IMG/VR virus record: IMGVR_UViG_3300045988_077852
Reading direction: 5' to 3' (one strand)
DNA: 46,784 nt
Source of the DNA: a virus
Shown: one piece after another, positions 38,895 to 46,784 of the stretch
Numbering within the stretch: the stretch's first letter is position 1
How the letters are laid out: each line of letters begins with the position of its first letter
Notes under the pieces: generated by a model
The model's input: the letters and a program-made list of their open reading frames with translations, nothing else
Database searches by the model: none
Told to the model about the DNA's origin: nothing
Program-made: the position numbers and the translations under genes

Positions 38895-39689
38895 ATGAAC
38901 ATAAATATAAATACAGACTGGGAATGGTATGAAAATACAAATGTATTTAGATTATTTTATCATTGCCTACTACATACAAATTTAGAGGATAAACGGTACT
39001 GCGGAAAAGAAATCAAGGCAGGACAATTTGTTTCTTCTATAACAAGAATCAGTGCAGAGACAGGATTGACAGAATCGCAGGTACGAACAGCACTAAAGAA
39101 ACTAAAAGACACTGGGTACATATCCACAAAAAGCACAAATAAATACACGATATACACAGTAAATGAGTATCAGAAGTACATAGATTGTGGACAAGTTGCA
39201 GAAACAACTACCGAGGAAAACACGATGGTTGAAAATGGAACAAAAATGGAACAACCAGTGGAACGAAAAATGGAACAAACAGAGGAAAAAGTAAAGGAAA
39301 CTTGCGAGAAATCAAAAGAAAATTGCGAAAAGTCGAACAAAAAAGCAATCAATGAATGTTTTGAAAGACTCTGGAAACAGTACCCGAATAAACGTGGTAA
39401 AGGACAGGTATCCGACACAAAGAAAAAGACTCTGTATGAGATAGGAGAAGAAAAAATAGAAAGAGCTTTGAAAAGGTATCTGGATGATTTATCTAAGGAC
39501 AGTAGTTGGAGAAAACCACAGAACGGAAGTACATTCTTCAATTCTGGTTACGTGGATTATCTGGACGAGAACTACGAGAAACCACCAGAACCGAAGCCAC
39601 AGAGGAATCCTGCAAGTGTCTTAGAATGCGAGAGAGATTATGACTTTGATGATTTAGAAATGCAGTTACTACATAAGCAATTAGAGTAA
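38895..39689 (+). CDS. replication initiator / replisome organiser (264 aa) with internal iterons
   Basis: N-terminal winged-helix-like region (FVSSITRISAETGLTESQVRTALKKLKDTGYIS). C-terminal FERLWKQYPNKRGKG motif, common in phage DnaD-like/replication proteins. Iterons at 39235-39277. Confidence 0.6.
   Translation: MNININTDWEWYENTNVFRLFYHCLLHTNLEDKRYCGKEIKAGQFVSSITRISAETGLTESQVRTALKKLKDTGYISTKSTNKYTIYTVNEYQKYIDCGQVAETTTEENTMVENGTKMEQPVERKMEQTEEKVKETCEKSKENCEKSNKKAINECFERLWKQYPNKRGKGQVSDTKKKTLYEIGEEKIERALKRYLDDLSKDSSWRKPQNGSTFFNSGYVDYLDENYEKPPEPKPQRNPASVLECERDYDFDDLEMQLLHKQLE
39235..39277 (+). repeat. Four TGGAAC(A) iterons inside the replication gene (candidate ori), followed by an 18-bp-period direct repeat
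   Basis: ATGGAACA at 39235, 39246 and 39270. GTGGAACG at 39258. Downstream direct repeat TTGCGAGAAATC / TTGCGAAAAGTC (39302-39331) in an A-rich stretch. Confidence 0.6.
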
Positions 39690-39709
39690 GGAAAAAGGAG
39701 TGATGGAAA

Positions 39710-40045
39710 ATGTATCAAATGAGTTTTTTTGGTAATGAAACAGCACTTAGAAGCCATTCCATTACCAAGCAGACTAGAAGAGAATCCCACAAAAAAATTA
39801 ATAAAGAAGCAATACATATCTTAATTCTTGAACAGCTTGAATACGAAGCTATGACAGCACGAGAGATCGCAACGGTATTGTATAAGCATAAAAAAGTTTT
39901 AGAACCGACAAGGCAGCAGGTACAACCACGGCTAACGGAGTTAGTGCAGGACGGACGTATTGAGGTATGCGGTAAACGTCATGACAGTTTGACAGGCAGG
40001 AATGTAGCAATATACAGAAAGGTGGTGGAAGAAGATGGGGTATAA
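39710..40045 (+). CDS. winged-helix DNA-binding protein (111 aa)
   Basis: MTAREIATVLYKHKKVLEPTRQQVQPRLTELVQDGRIEVCGKR is MarR/wHTH-like. AAGGAG RBS. Confidence 0.5.
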   Translation: MYQMSFFGNETALRSHSITKQTRRESHKKINKEAIHILILEQLEYEAMTAREIATVLYKHKKVLEPTRQQVQPRLTELVQDGRIEVCGKRHDSLTGRNVAIYRKVVEEDGV

Positions 40046-40421
40046 GAAATTCACAACAGAATTTAAAAGAAAAGTTGTTGCGGAAAGTAACGCAAGACAT
40101 GAGGTAAAGAGCGTTGCGAAAGAATACGGTATTGATTCATCCACCCTTTTTAAATGGAAAAAACAAAACTTAGATGAAGACAAAGAAGAAAACGTCCCAT
40201 ATTCTCGTGAATACATAAAAATGGTAGTAAAGACAAGACTGACAAAAAACAATACGTCAAAATCTTGCTCACAAATGTTTAAGATTCCAGAGTATTTGAT
40301 TACATTTTGGACAGAAAAATTTGGGGATGAAGTAAGAAAAGAAATTGAAGCAGAACAGCAACGTAACAAAAGGAAACCTAGAGGTATTCATGTCACATCT
40401 AGTGCAGTCTATTGGAAATAA
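40035..40421 (+). CDS. IS3-OrfA-like (HTH_Tnp_1-type) double-HTH protein (128 aa)
   Basis: FTTEFKRKVVAESNARHEVKSVAKEYGIDSSTLFKWKKQ resembles the transposase-8 / OrfA HTH. No cognate transposase catalytic ORF follows. Confidence 0.5.
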   Translation: MGYKKFTTEFKRKVVAESNARHEVKSVAKEYGIDSSTLFKWKKQNLDEDKEENVPYSREYIKMVVKTRLTKNNTSKSCSQMFKIPEYLITFWTEKFGDEVRKEIEAEQQRNKRKPRGIHVTSSAVYWK

Positions 40422-40439
40422 GAAAAGGAGATTAAAAAA

Positions 40440-40861
40440 ATGAAAAATTTGAATTAACAACAGAATTTATTACTAACTTTTTAGGAACTAAGTTATTCAG
40501 AATTAAAGCTCTTGTAGAGTTTGGAGAAGTAGAAAAAGGAGAGCTAGGTGGTTTTGTAGAGAAAGAAGAAAATCTGGATCATGATGGAGATGCATGGGTG
40601 TCTGGAGATGCAAGGGTGTCTGGAGATCAGATGTATGCAACAGTAAAAGGCTTTGGCAGTGAGTATAGAAACACCACATTTTTTATTACTAAAGACGGAA
40701 ATGTTTGTGTAAATTGCGGATGCTTTAGCGGTACATTAGAGCAATTCAGAGAAAAAGTGGAAGAAACACATAAGGATACTAAGTACGCAAAAGAGTATTT
40801 GATGATCGCAGACCTTATGGAAATGCATTTCAAAGAAGAATTAGAAAAGATTAAGAAGTAG
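40440..40861 (+). pseudogene. phage protein with (D/N)A.VSG repeats, reading frame broken in an A5 run right after the ATG
   Basis: ATG at 40440 has an AAGGAG RBS but stops after 5 codons. The long frame is open from 40436 (KNEKFELTTEFITNFLGTKLFRIKALVEFGEVEKGELGGFVEKEENLDHDGDAWVSGDARVSGD...) and has no ATG until far downstream. One extra A in the run at 40443-40447 restores MKKFELTTEF... Confidence 0.55.
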
Positions 40862-40873
40862 TAACTAAATAAC

Positions 40874-40983
40874 CCTTTTCTGGTTTGATTCTCTGCCTAA
40901 GTAACTGTAAATAATGTTTTTTTGTATTTTCCAATTCTTCCATTTTTCATTTTTTATTAGGCAGAGACTCAAGCCAGAAAAGG
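40874..40983. repeat. 27-bp inverted repeat (25/27) with a 56-nt T-rich loop
   Basis: ccttttctggtttgattctctgcctaa (40874-40900) vs ttaggcagagactcaagccagaaaagg (40957-40983). Confidence 0.8.
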
Positions 40984-41130
40984 CTTGTTGCATAGCAGGA
41001 TTTTTATATACCACACGACAACTAAATAAAAGAATCCTCGCAACGCATAAGTACAATATAGCTATTGTATAAGTCATGATTTCCCCTGCTATTAACAGCA
41101 GGGGAGAGAATGGACAGTAAAGGAGTAAAA

Positions 41131-41532
41131 ATGCAAATTTATAATATAGAAACGAAAGCAATTATAAGCGGAGAAGAAATAAAAGAATTAGATGATTGTT
41201 TTATTTTGCAAAATGTTGATGAGAGAAACGATACACATACAACTATTAGATGTTTGAAACCAACATGGAACAAAGTAATTTGTAAAGAAACGTGTTTACA
41301 GCGTATTACAAGTCAGCTAAATCAACTTACACAAAACACGGTTTTAGGAGTTGATGAGTTAAGCAATAATACAGATACACTCATGATGAGAATAACATTG
41401 AAAAATGTTAAAAACAAAAGTCTATTGATATATAACAAACAAAATAAAACAACATACATTGATTGTTGGTTTATCAGTAGTAGATTTTTAGATCAAGCCA
41501 TAGAAGATTATTTAACAAATAAGGAGGATTAA
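41131..41532 (+). CDS. hypothetical protein (133 aa)
   Basis: Trimmed to the ATG at 41131 (AAGGAG RBS). Confidence 0.6.
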   Translation: MQIYNIETKAIISGEEIKELDDCFILQNVDERNDTHTTIRCLKPTWNKVICKETCLQRITSQLNQLTQNTVLGVDELSNNTDTLMMRITLKNVKNKSLLIYNKQNKTTYIDCWFISSRFLDQAIEDYLTNKED

Positions 41533-41534
41533 AT

Positions 41535-42038
41535 ATGGGAATTAAAAATCTAACAGAAGCAGAAGAAAAAGAGTTTTACAGACTCGTTGGGAAGATGAAT
41601 GGAAAAGAACCAGACAAGAAACAGGATGTAAAGGTAAAGAAACCACAACCATCAGAAGGATATTTTTGCATTAGTGAAGGAACTGTTGGAAAAAGCATGT
41701 GGACGAATGATTATTTGGATGAAGCAAGGTGGGAATTAGGAAACGTCTTTTTTACGGAAGAAGAAGCGGAGTTTGCAAGAGAGAAAAGAAAAGTAGAAGT
41801 TGAACTTGAACGGTATGCAGATGAACACAATGATCCCGATTATAGCGGAAATGATTATTACCATATAATTATGCATACAGGAGTAAAAATTACAAATGTT
41901 TTTGGATATTGGAAAGGGAAAGTTGCAGGAGCAACATATTTTACATCTGAAAAAGTTGCCAAAGATGCAATCGAAGCAGTAGGAAAAGAAAGAATACTTA
42001 AATACATCTTTGGGGTAGAAAGTGAGGGAGAAGAATGA
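41535..42038 (+). CDS. hypothetical protein (167 aa)
   Basis: ORF track. AAGGAGG RBS. Confidence 0.6.
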   Translation: MGIKNLTEAEEKEFYRLVGKMNGKEPDKKQDVKVKKPQPSEGYFCISEGTVGKSMWTNDYLDEARWELGNVFFTEEEAEFAREKRKVEVELERYADEHNDPDYSGNDYYHIIMHTGVKITNVFGYWKGKVAGATYFTSEKVAKDAIEAVGKERILKYIFGVESEGEE

Positions 42039-42271
42039 AGATTAATACAAAAACACCAAGTATTAAAACATATACATTAAGTGATTTCAAAATCGGAGAT
42101 GTTTGTATGGGCGTAAAAAATGAACATTATTATCTTGTAGTTGAATCAGAAAAAGAAAAGAAACAAATCGTGGATTTAACAGAAAATGAGATTATAAGAG
42201 ATGCAGGATATATGAGATTTATACCGGCAACGGCAGAACTTAATATCAAGGATGTGGGGCAAAGTTTATGA
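42035..42271 (+). CDS. hypothetical protein (78 aa)
   Basis: ORF track. ATGA overlap with the upstream gene. Confidence 0.55.
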   Translation: MKINTKTPSIKTYTLSDFKIGDVCMGVKNEHYYLVVESEKEKKQIVDLTENEIIRDAGYMRFIPATAELNIKDVGQSL

Positions 42272-42564
42272 AAAAAATATTATTTATTGTGTTTTCGATA
42301 GCAATAATGAGTTGCATGTTGGCAGGCTGCGAGGAGAAAGAAAGTAATACATATAAGGATGAAAGTGATACACAGCAGAGTGCAGCGTTAATTAATATTA
42401 ACAACATCTTATCTTATGACAACTCAACAAGGATTGTTTATTGGTATTTTGAAGATGGAGCAGGCAGAACAAGTACAGGATTTATGTCTCCGTACATTAG
42501 CAAAGACGGTAGCTATTGCAGGTATGAGAAAGGCAAGATCGTGCCGATTGAAAGGAGAGAATAA
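42268..42564 (+). CDS. putative lipoprotein (98 aa)
   Basis: Signal peptide MKKILFIVFSIAIMSCMLAGC with the lipobox LAGC. Confidence 0.6.
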   Translation: MKKILFIVFSIAIMSCMLAGCEEKESNTYKDESDTQQSAALININNILSYDNSTRIVYWYFEDGAGRTSTGFMSPYISKDGSYCRYEKGKIVPIERRE

Positions 42565-42740
42565 TGCCAGTAGCAAGATGTAAATATTGTAATAATTGGT
42601 TATTCAATGAAGACGTTGGAAGAGAGTATATACAAATAAATTCAGATATGAAAATACAAAGCAGTTTTATTTGTCTTAAATGTGAAATGGAGTTAAGAAA
42701 AGAAGATTTCTTTGGGCCGTACAGAAACATGATGAAGTAA
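42564..42740 (+). CDS. small zinc-ribbon protein (58 aa; below the ORF-track cutoff)
   Basis: AAGGAGAG RBS. My translation: MPVARCKYCNNWLFNEDVGREYIQINSDMKIQSSFICLKCEMELRKEDFFGPYRNMMK* (CxxC...CxxC). Confidence 0.5.
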   Translation: MPVARCKYCNNWLFNEDVGREYIQINSDMKIQSSFICLKCEMELRKEDFFGPYRNMMK

Positions 42741-42750
42741 AGGAGTATCA

Positions 42751-43655
42751 ATGGACTTAGAACAAAAAGCAATAGAAAGAATCAAAACAGCATCAGAAAT
42801 GAGCCTTGAGTATTACAAACAACCACTTATCTGTACATACAGCGGTGGTAAGGATTCAGATGTATTATTAGAGCTATTCAAACGTTCTGGAGTTCCTTTT
42901 GAAGTACAGCACAGTCACACCACAGCGGATGCACCACAAACAGTGTGGCACGTCCGTGACAATTTCAAGAAATTGGAAGAGGGGGGGGGATAAAGTGCAG
43001 TATTAACTATCCAAGGAAGCCAGACGGAACCAGAATCACAATGTGGAATCTTATCCCTAAGAAACTTATACCGCCTACACGGCTTGTAAGATATTGTTGT
43101 CAAGAACTTAAGGAAAATAACAGCAATGGAAGATATATTGCAACAGGTGTTAGGTGGGACGAAAGCACAAAACGAAAAAATATGTGGGATGAGTTCGAAA
43201 GAATCGGAAGTAGTAAAAAGACAGCAGAAAAATTCAATACAGTAATGCTTAGCAATGATAATGATTCCAAAAGAAGAATCACGGAATTGTGCATGCAGAA
43301 AGCAAAAATGACCGTAAATCCTATTGTTGACTGGAAAGAGAAAGATATATGGAATTACATAGATCAAGAACATATATGCACTAATGAACTGTATCAATGT
43401 GGATATAAAAGAGTTGGATGCATCGGTTGCCCAATGGCAGGCAGAAAAGGAAGATTAAAGGAATTTTACGACTTTCCAACATTCAAACTAAATTATATCA
43501 GAGCATTTGACAGGATGTTAGAAGCAAGAAAAGCAAAGAATCTCCCTACACAGTGGGAATCTGGAGAAGAAGTATTTCTGTGGTGGATAGAAGATAAGAA
43601 TGTTGCAGGGCAAAGAGAATTTAAGGTAGCAGAAAACGGACAACTTATGTGGTAA
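42751..43655 (+). pseudogene. PAPS-reductase-like (PP-loop ATP pyrophosphatase) gene interrupted by a frameshift in a G9 tract
   Basis: N-terminal ORF 42751-42993 carries SGGKDS (PP-loop) and stops just after G9 (42981-42989). The -1/+2 frame continues ...GGGIKCSINYPRKPDGTRITMWNLIPKKLIPPTRLVRYCCQELKE... to 43655. A G10 tract would give one ~300-aa ORF. Confidence 0.75.
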
Positions 43656-43667
43656 AGGAGTGATAAC

Positions 43668-44039
43668 ATGAGCTACGCATGGTCAACAGAAGAATATAGC
43701 GATCATTACAGCACAGATTTTGACACAATAGAAGAATGTATCAAAGAAGCTAAAGACATGGGATGCAAAGCAGGTACAGCTATCTGGATTGGAAAAGTAG
43801 AAGAAGTGGATATAAGACGGGTAGACCTAACAAGCATACTAGAAGATTTACACAATGCTGTATATGATGATGTAGGAGAATTTGCCGAAGATTGGTACAT
43901 AGAAGATATAGACAGCAAAGAAGCCTACGAAAAGTGTGAAAATGCTATAAATGATCTGGTTGTTAAATATATCGAAGAAAACGGCATGAAACCAACGTTT
44001 GCAAAAGTAGTAGATGCAGAACTGTATGTTATCAAGTAG
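43668..44039 (+). CDS. hypothetical acidic protein (123 aa)
   Basis: ORF track. AAGGAG RBS. Confidence 0.6.
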   Translation: MSYAWSTEEYSDHYSTDFDTIEECIKEAKDMGCKAGTAIWIGKVEEVDIRRVDLTSILEDLHNAVYDDVGEFAEDWYIEDIDSKEAYEKCENAINDLVVKYIEENGMKPTFAKVVDAELYVIK

Positions 44040-44050
44040 GAGGAAAGAAC

Positions 44051-44278
44051 ATGGACGTTATCAAACAAATAGATTACATGATTGCTTGCCTAGAGATGGC
44101 AAAAGAAGAATATCAGTATGAGAAAAGTTATGAAACAAAGAAAAAAGCAAGAGAGGACAACGACTGGAACTGGTACGACAGAAACAGGACACCGAAAAAG
44201 ACGCTAATTAAAGAAAATCTTAGAAATGTTGGGAGAACAGGATTCAAGCTTGCGAAAGATTTAGAGGTGGGAGAATGA
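44051..44278 (+). CDS. hypothetical protein (75 aa)
   Basis: ORF track. AGGAGG RBS. Confidence 0.55.
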   Translation: MDVIKQIDYMIACLEMAKEEYQYEKSYETKKKAREDNDWNWYDRNRTPKKTLIKENLRNVGRTGFKLAKDLEVGE

Positions 44279-44604
44279 AAATATATTCAAATCGAGCTGA
44301 TAAAAATGTGGACTGTATAAGAGCAAGCATGAGAACAGAAAAACACAATAGTTTGCACGTAACATTAAATTTTAGGAGAACTGTTGGTGGACCAGTTACC
44401 ATGGAAGAAGAAACAGGCAGTGAAGTGATAATAAATTTTACGGATACCTGCGAACTTGAAAATTTCATCATGGCACTGACACAGCTAAAGGAAATGACAA
44501 AAGGTTACTACGGTAAATGGGAGATTGAAAAGGAGAACGACTATGACAATAGCGGAGCAGGTAGCACAGTGTTTTTTAGAAAGCATAGAAAAGACAATCA
44601 ATGA
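44275..44604 (+). CDS. hypothetical protein (109 aa)
   Basis: ORF track. ATGA overlap with the upstream gene. Confidence 0.55.
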   Translation: MKIYSNRADKNVDCIRASMRTEKHNSLHVTLNFRRTVGGPVTMEEETGSEVIINFTDTCELENFIMALTQLKEMTKGYYGKWEIEKENDYDNSGAGSTVFFRKHRKDNQ

Positions 44605-44908
44605 AAACAAGATGGATGTCGGAGCGTTAGAATCAAATACTTATTATCGTTCTGAAAAAGCAAAAATGGTAGTGACAGATACAAAGACAGGGATAGTTAT
44701 TGCAACAATGACCTGTGACATGAATCCAAAAAGAAGAAAACAGGAAAAAGATTTAAATGATTATTGCCGTAAAAGAGTATGCCCTGTTTGTATTTTTAAA
44801 AATCAAGAACCTTGTATAACGAACAAAATTGCCTATGGAGTAGCTACTAATAAAGAGGTAGAGGAAAACTATAAAAAGATGTTAGAAGAAGTGGAGATGA
44901 AAGAATGA
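44543..44908 (+). CDS. hypothetical protein (121 aa)
   Basis: Trimmed to the ATG at 44543 (AAGGAGA RBS 7 nt upstream). Confidence 0.55.
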   Translation: MTIAEQVAQCFLESIEKTINENKMDVGALESNTYYRSEKAKMVVTDTKTGIVIATMTCDMNPKRRKQEKDLNDYCRKRVCPVCIFKNQEPCITNKIAYGVATNKEVEENYKKMLEEVEMKE

Positions 44909-45207
44909 TACTAAAAATCTTACTTGTTATCATAGGTGTTTTCTTAGGACTGGTGGGCAGTGGTTTCTGCCAGTCCGCTAAAGCAAGAGATACGATCACA
45001 ATGACGTTAGAAGATTATAAGCATATGGGAGAAATATTACACAGTCTGCCACTAAGAGAACGGCACAAAAGTCTTAAAGGGAAAGACGTGGCGTTATACA
45101 GATGTCCTAAATGTAAAAGTTATGTAGCGGAATGGACAGAAGTTTGTGAGTGTGGGAATCGGTTAGACTGGGGAGAAAGTGAGGACTTGAGTGTTAATAA
45201 GAATTAG
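44905..45207 (+). CDS. membrane-anchored zinc-ribbon protein (100 aa)
   Basis: N-terminal TM ILKILLVIIGVFLGLVGSGF. C-terminal CPKCKS...CECGN. Confidence 0.55.
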   Translation: MILKILLVIIGVFLGLVGSGFCQSAKARDTITMTLEDYKHMGEILHSLPLRERHKSLKGKDVALYRCPKCKSYVAEWTEVCECGNRLDWGESEDLSVNKN

Positions 45208-45379
45208 TGATGCAAAGGTTATAAATATACAACAGGCTACTGGTTTATATATTGCAAAAACATATAAAGGATATGAAATACGGTGCAATATGATAGACAA
45301 CGAATACGTGATTGAAAAATGTACAACAAGACAGTATGCAGTAGCTGTATTAGATAAGATACTCTGTCATACTGACTGA
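45191..45379 (+). CDS. hypothetical protein (62 aa; GTG start)
   Basis: ORF track. GTGAGGA RBS. Confidence 0.45.
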   Translation: MLIRISDAKVINIQQATGLYIAKTYKGYEIRCNMIDNEYVIEKCTTRQYAVAVLDKILCHTD

Positions 45380-45416
45380 GGACAAAGGGTTATCAAGTTA
45401 TAAAGGAGTGTTATAA

Positions 45417-45629
45417 ATGAATAACAAAAAAGAAATAAAGGAAAATGACAGCCAATCTTTAGCACTTGTAAACACCGTAAGAGTTTGGGAACAACCAGAA
45501 GATATTAATAAGATTGAATCTAAAAAAGAAATAGATGATATTATCAAAGAAATTTTAGATAAAGCACCGAAACATCCTAAGGCAACAGGTTATCTAAGAA
45601 TGAAAGAGGAACGTTATCATGAGAAGTAA
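45417..45629 (+). CDS. hypothetical protein (70 aa)
   Basis: ORF track. AAGGAG RBS. Confidence 0.55.
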   Translation: MNNKKEIKENDSQSLALVNTVRVWEQPEDINKIESKKEIDDIIKEILDKAPKHPKATGYLRMKEERYHEK

Positions 45630-45897
45630 ATACTTTAACAACAGACAAGTACCTGCACAACAACGCAGGGTTAAGAATCGCAGGGATGCAGATAAATTAA
45701 TACATAGCAGTTACACAGCATTTCTTTTATTGGGCACGATGGCACTACACGACCAATTTGGATTTGGTGGTGCCAGACTTGGGAAATGGATTGATAAAAT
45801 GAACGAACTAAAGGAATGTTACGAAAAAGGCCTTGTCACTGTGCAGGACATGCAATCCATGATTAAGAATGAAACAGGAATCGAGATCAAGTTTTAG
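45619..45897 (+). CDS. hypothetical protein (92 aa)
   Basis: ORF track. AGAGGA RBS. Confidence 0.55.
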   Translation: MRSKYFNNRQVPAQQRRVKNRRDADKLIHSSYTAFLLLGTMALHDQFGFGGARLGKWIDKMNELKECYEKGLVTVQDMQSMIKNETGIEIKF

Positions 45898-45907
45898 AAG
45901 TGATTAT

Positions 45908-46114
45908 ATGAAATGTGCTTGTATGGGATGCACAGAAGCAACCGGCAGGAGTTGGGATTGCCACACTAGATGTGATGGTTACAAAGAGTTCCAAGCCAAA
46001 AACAAGGAAGAGAAGAACGTTATCAAAAGGAAAAATCCTTATTATAAGTCGTTATCAAAAGAAAAATTTATGAAAAGAAATGCTTTAAACAGGAACAGGA
46101 GGGGAAGAAAATGA
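45908..46114 (+). CDS. small Cys-rich basic protein (68 aa; alternative start 45869)
   Basis: MKCACMGCTEATGRSWDCHTRCDGYKEF followed by a basic tail. Confidence 0.5.
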   Translation: MKCACMGCTEATGRSWDCHTRCDGYKEFQAKNKEEKNVIKRKNPYYKSLSKEKFMKRNALNRNRRGRK

Positions 46115-46338
46115 CAGGGTTATCAATAGACGTTATCAAAAATCAGATACAATTATCAAAAATGTTTGTAGGAAGTGAAGCGGTATCAACTAAGGCATTG
46201 AAAGAACTTCTTGAGTACAAAGAAACAGGATTGACACCGCAGGACATAAAAGAAATGGACAAGATGTATCTTGAAAAATGTAAAGAAGTAAATGCACTTG
46301 TAAAGACCTGTGAACGGCTAGAAAAGGAGAAAAGATGA
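46111..46338 (+). CDS. hypothetical coiled-coil protein (75 aa)
   Basis: ORF track. AGGAGGGG RBS. Confidence 0.55.
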   Translation: MTGLSIDVIKNQIQLSKMFVGSEAVSTKALKELLEYKETGLTPQDIKEMDKMYLEKCKEVNALVKTCERLEKEKR

Positions 46339-46502
46339 ATAAGCAAGACATATATACTCTATGTACATTAATTCCATCTATGGACGATTACAGCGGTCAC
46401 AACATGTATCTATGCGGTAAACGTGACGGATTCAACGAGTGTGTGCAGATGTTAAAAGAAAATCTTGAAAGCATCAGCGAGGAGCAGGGACATGAATCGT
46501 GA
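46335..46502 (+). CDS. small hypothetical protein (55 aa; below the ORF-track cutoff)
   Basis: ATGA overlap with the upstream gene. My translation: MNKQDIYTLCTLIPSMDDYSGHNMYLCGKRDGFNECVQMLKENLESISEEQGHES*. Confidence 0.45.
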   Translation: MNKQDIYTLCTLIPSMDDYSGHNMYLCGKRDGFNECVQMLKENLESISEEQGHES

Positions 46503-46689
46503 TCAGTTCCAAAAGTGGATAGACGAACACGGAACAGGGCAGAGAGAAAACAAGAGCCGCAACGGTATAGACTGGGTATTTGTTACTATGAAAGATACGT
46601 GGATAGCTTTATTTGAGTACGTGAACGGCTCATATATCCCTTATATCCAGTGCAAGGATAAAGAAGGGAGTATCCCAAAGTTTGTGTAA
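46492..46689 (+). pseudogene. 5' part of the small phage gene disrupted by the IS256-family element
   Basis: ATG at 46492 (GAGGAG RBS). From 46666 the frame runs into the IS left end and stops after 8 IS-encoded codons (GSIPKFV*). The original 3' end is at 1485-1552. Confidence 0.65.
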
Positions 46690-46784
46690 ACCTTCAAACT
46701 GATGTAAGATAATATTACTCAGTTTGGAGGTTTTTTTATGGGAAGAAGAAAAGGAGACACACCACAAAAAGCAGCATTAAGACA
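46666..46784 (+). repeat. 119-nt exact duplicate of window positions 1-119 (contig-closure overlap)
   Basis: Direct comparison of the first and last 119 nt shows identity. Confidence 0.95.

Noticed and set aside
39941-40369. 142-aa minus-strand ORF, and similar ones at 39170-39541, 42915-43397 and 30123-30506
   Set aside because: They are antisense to convincing plus-strand genes and lack RBSs.
40865-41161. 98-aa minus-strand ORF
   Set aside because: It spans the 27-bp inverted repeat, the T-rich loop and the GC hairpin. It has no RBS. The region is better explained as structured non-coding DNA.
1-46784. Reverse transcriptase/DGR, retron, CRISPR-Cas, restriction-modification or classical toxin-antitoxin gene pairs
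   Set aside because: I looked for RT motifs (YxDD), template/variable repeat pairs near the fibre genes, methyltransferase motifs and paired small ORFs of known TA type. None was recognisable by eye.

Overview
The window is one complete, apparently circular genome of a temperate phage from a low-GC Firmicute. The tail is long and non-contractile (siphovirus type): there is a 1244-aa tape measure and no sheath gene. RBSs are of the AGGAGG type and attP mimics the 3' part of a tRNA-Lys. The first 119 nt equal the last 119 nt (1-119 = 46666-46784), so the unique length is 46,665 bp.

Layout, mostly on the + strand:
- 1-1484: an IS256-family IS, inserted with an 8-bp target duplication into a small phage gene.
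- 1.6-3.8 kb: two leftward mini-operons, each facing a divergent HTH regulator. One operon encodes a J-domain protein.
- 4.0-10.3 kb: packaging and head genes, including a TerS-TerL fusion ORF, portal and minor capsid protein.
- 10.3-14.0 kb: a 3.7-kb accessory cassette splitting the head module. It is bounded by a duplicated promoter-bearing repeat, starts with a tRNA(CAU), and encodes six unusual proteins.
- 14.0-29.2 kb: scaffold, major capsid, connectors, major tail, chaperones, tape measure, tail tip, and fibre/SGNH esterase.
- 29.4-30.4 kb: holin and CHAP endolysin.
- 30.5-32.0 kb: attP and a tyrosine integrase.
- 32.0-33.5 kb: a moron island with two candidate sRNAs, a double zinc-ribbon protein and a nested repeat array.
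- 33.5-34.7 kb: an ImmA-type protease with Xre repressor, facing a Cro-like gene.
- 34.7-46.7 kb: early genes (Erf, NinB-like, RusA, a replication organiser with internal iterons) and about 25 small ORFs, including a PP-loop (PAPS-reductase-like) gene interrupted at a G9 tract.

All functional calls rest on motifs recognised by eye, gene order, size and RBS context. No database search or structure prediction was possible.
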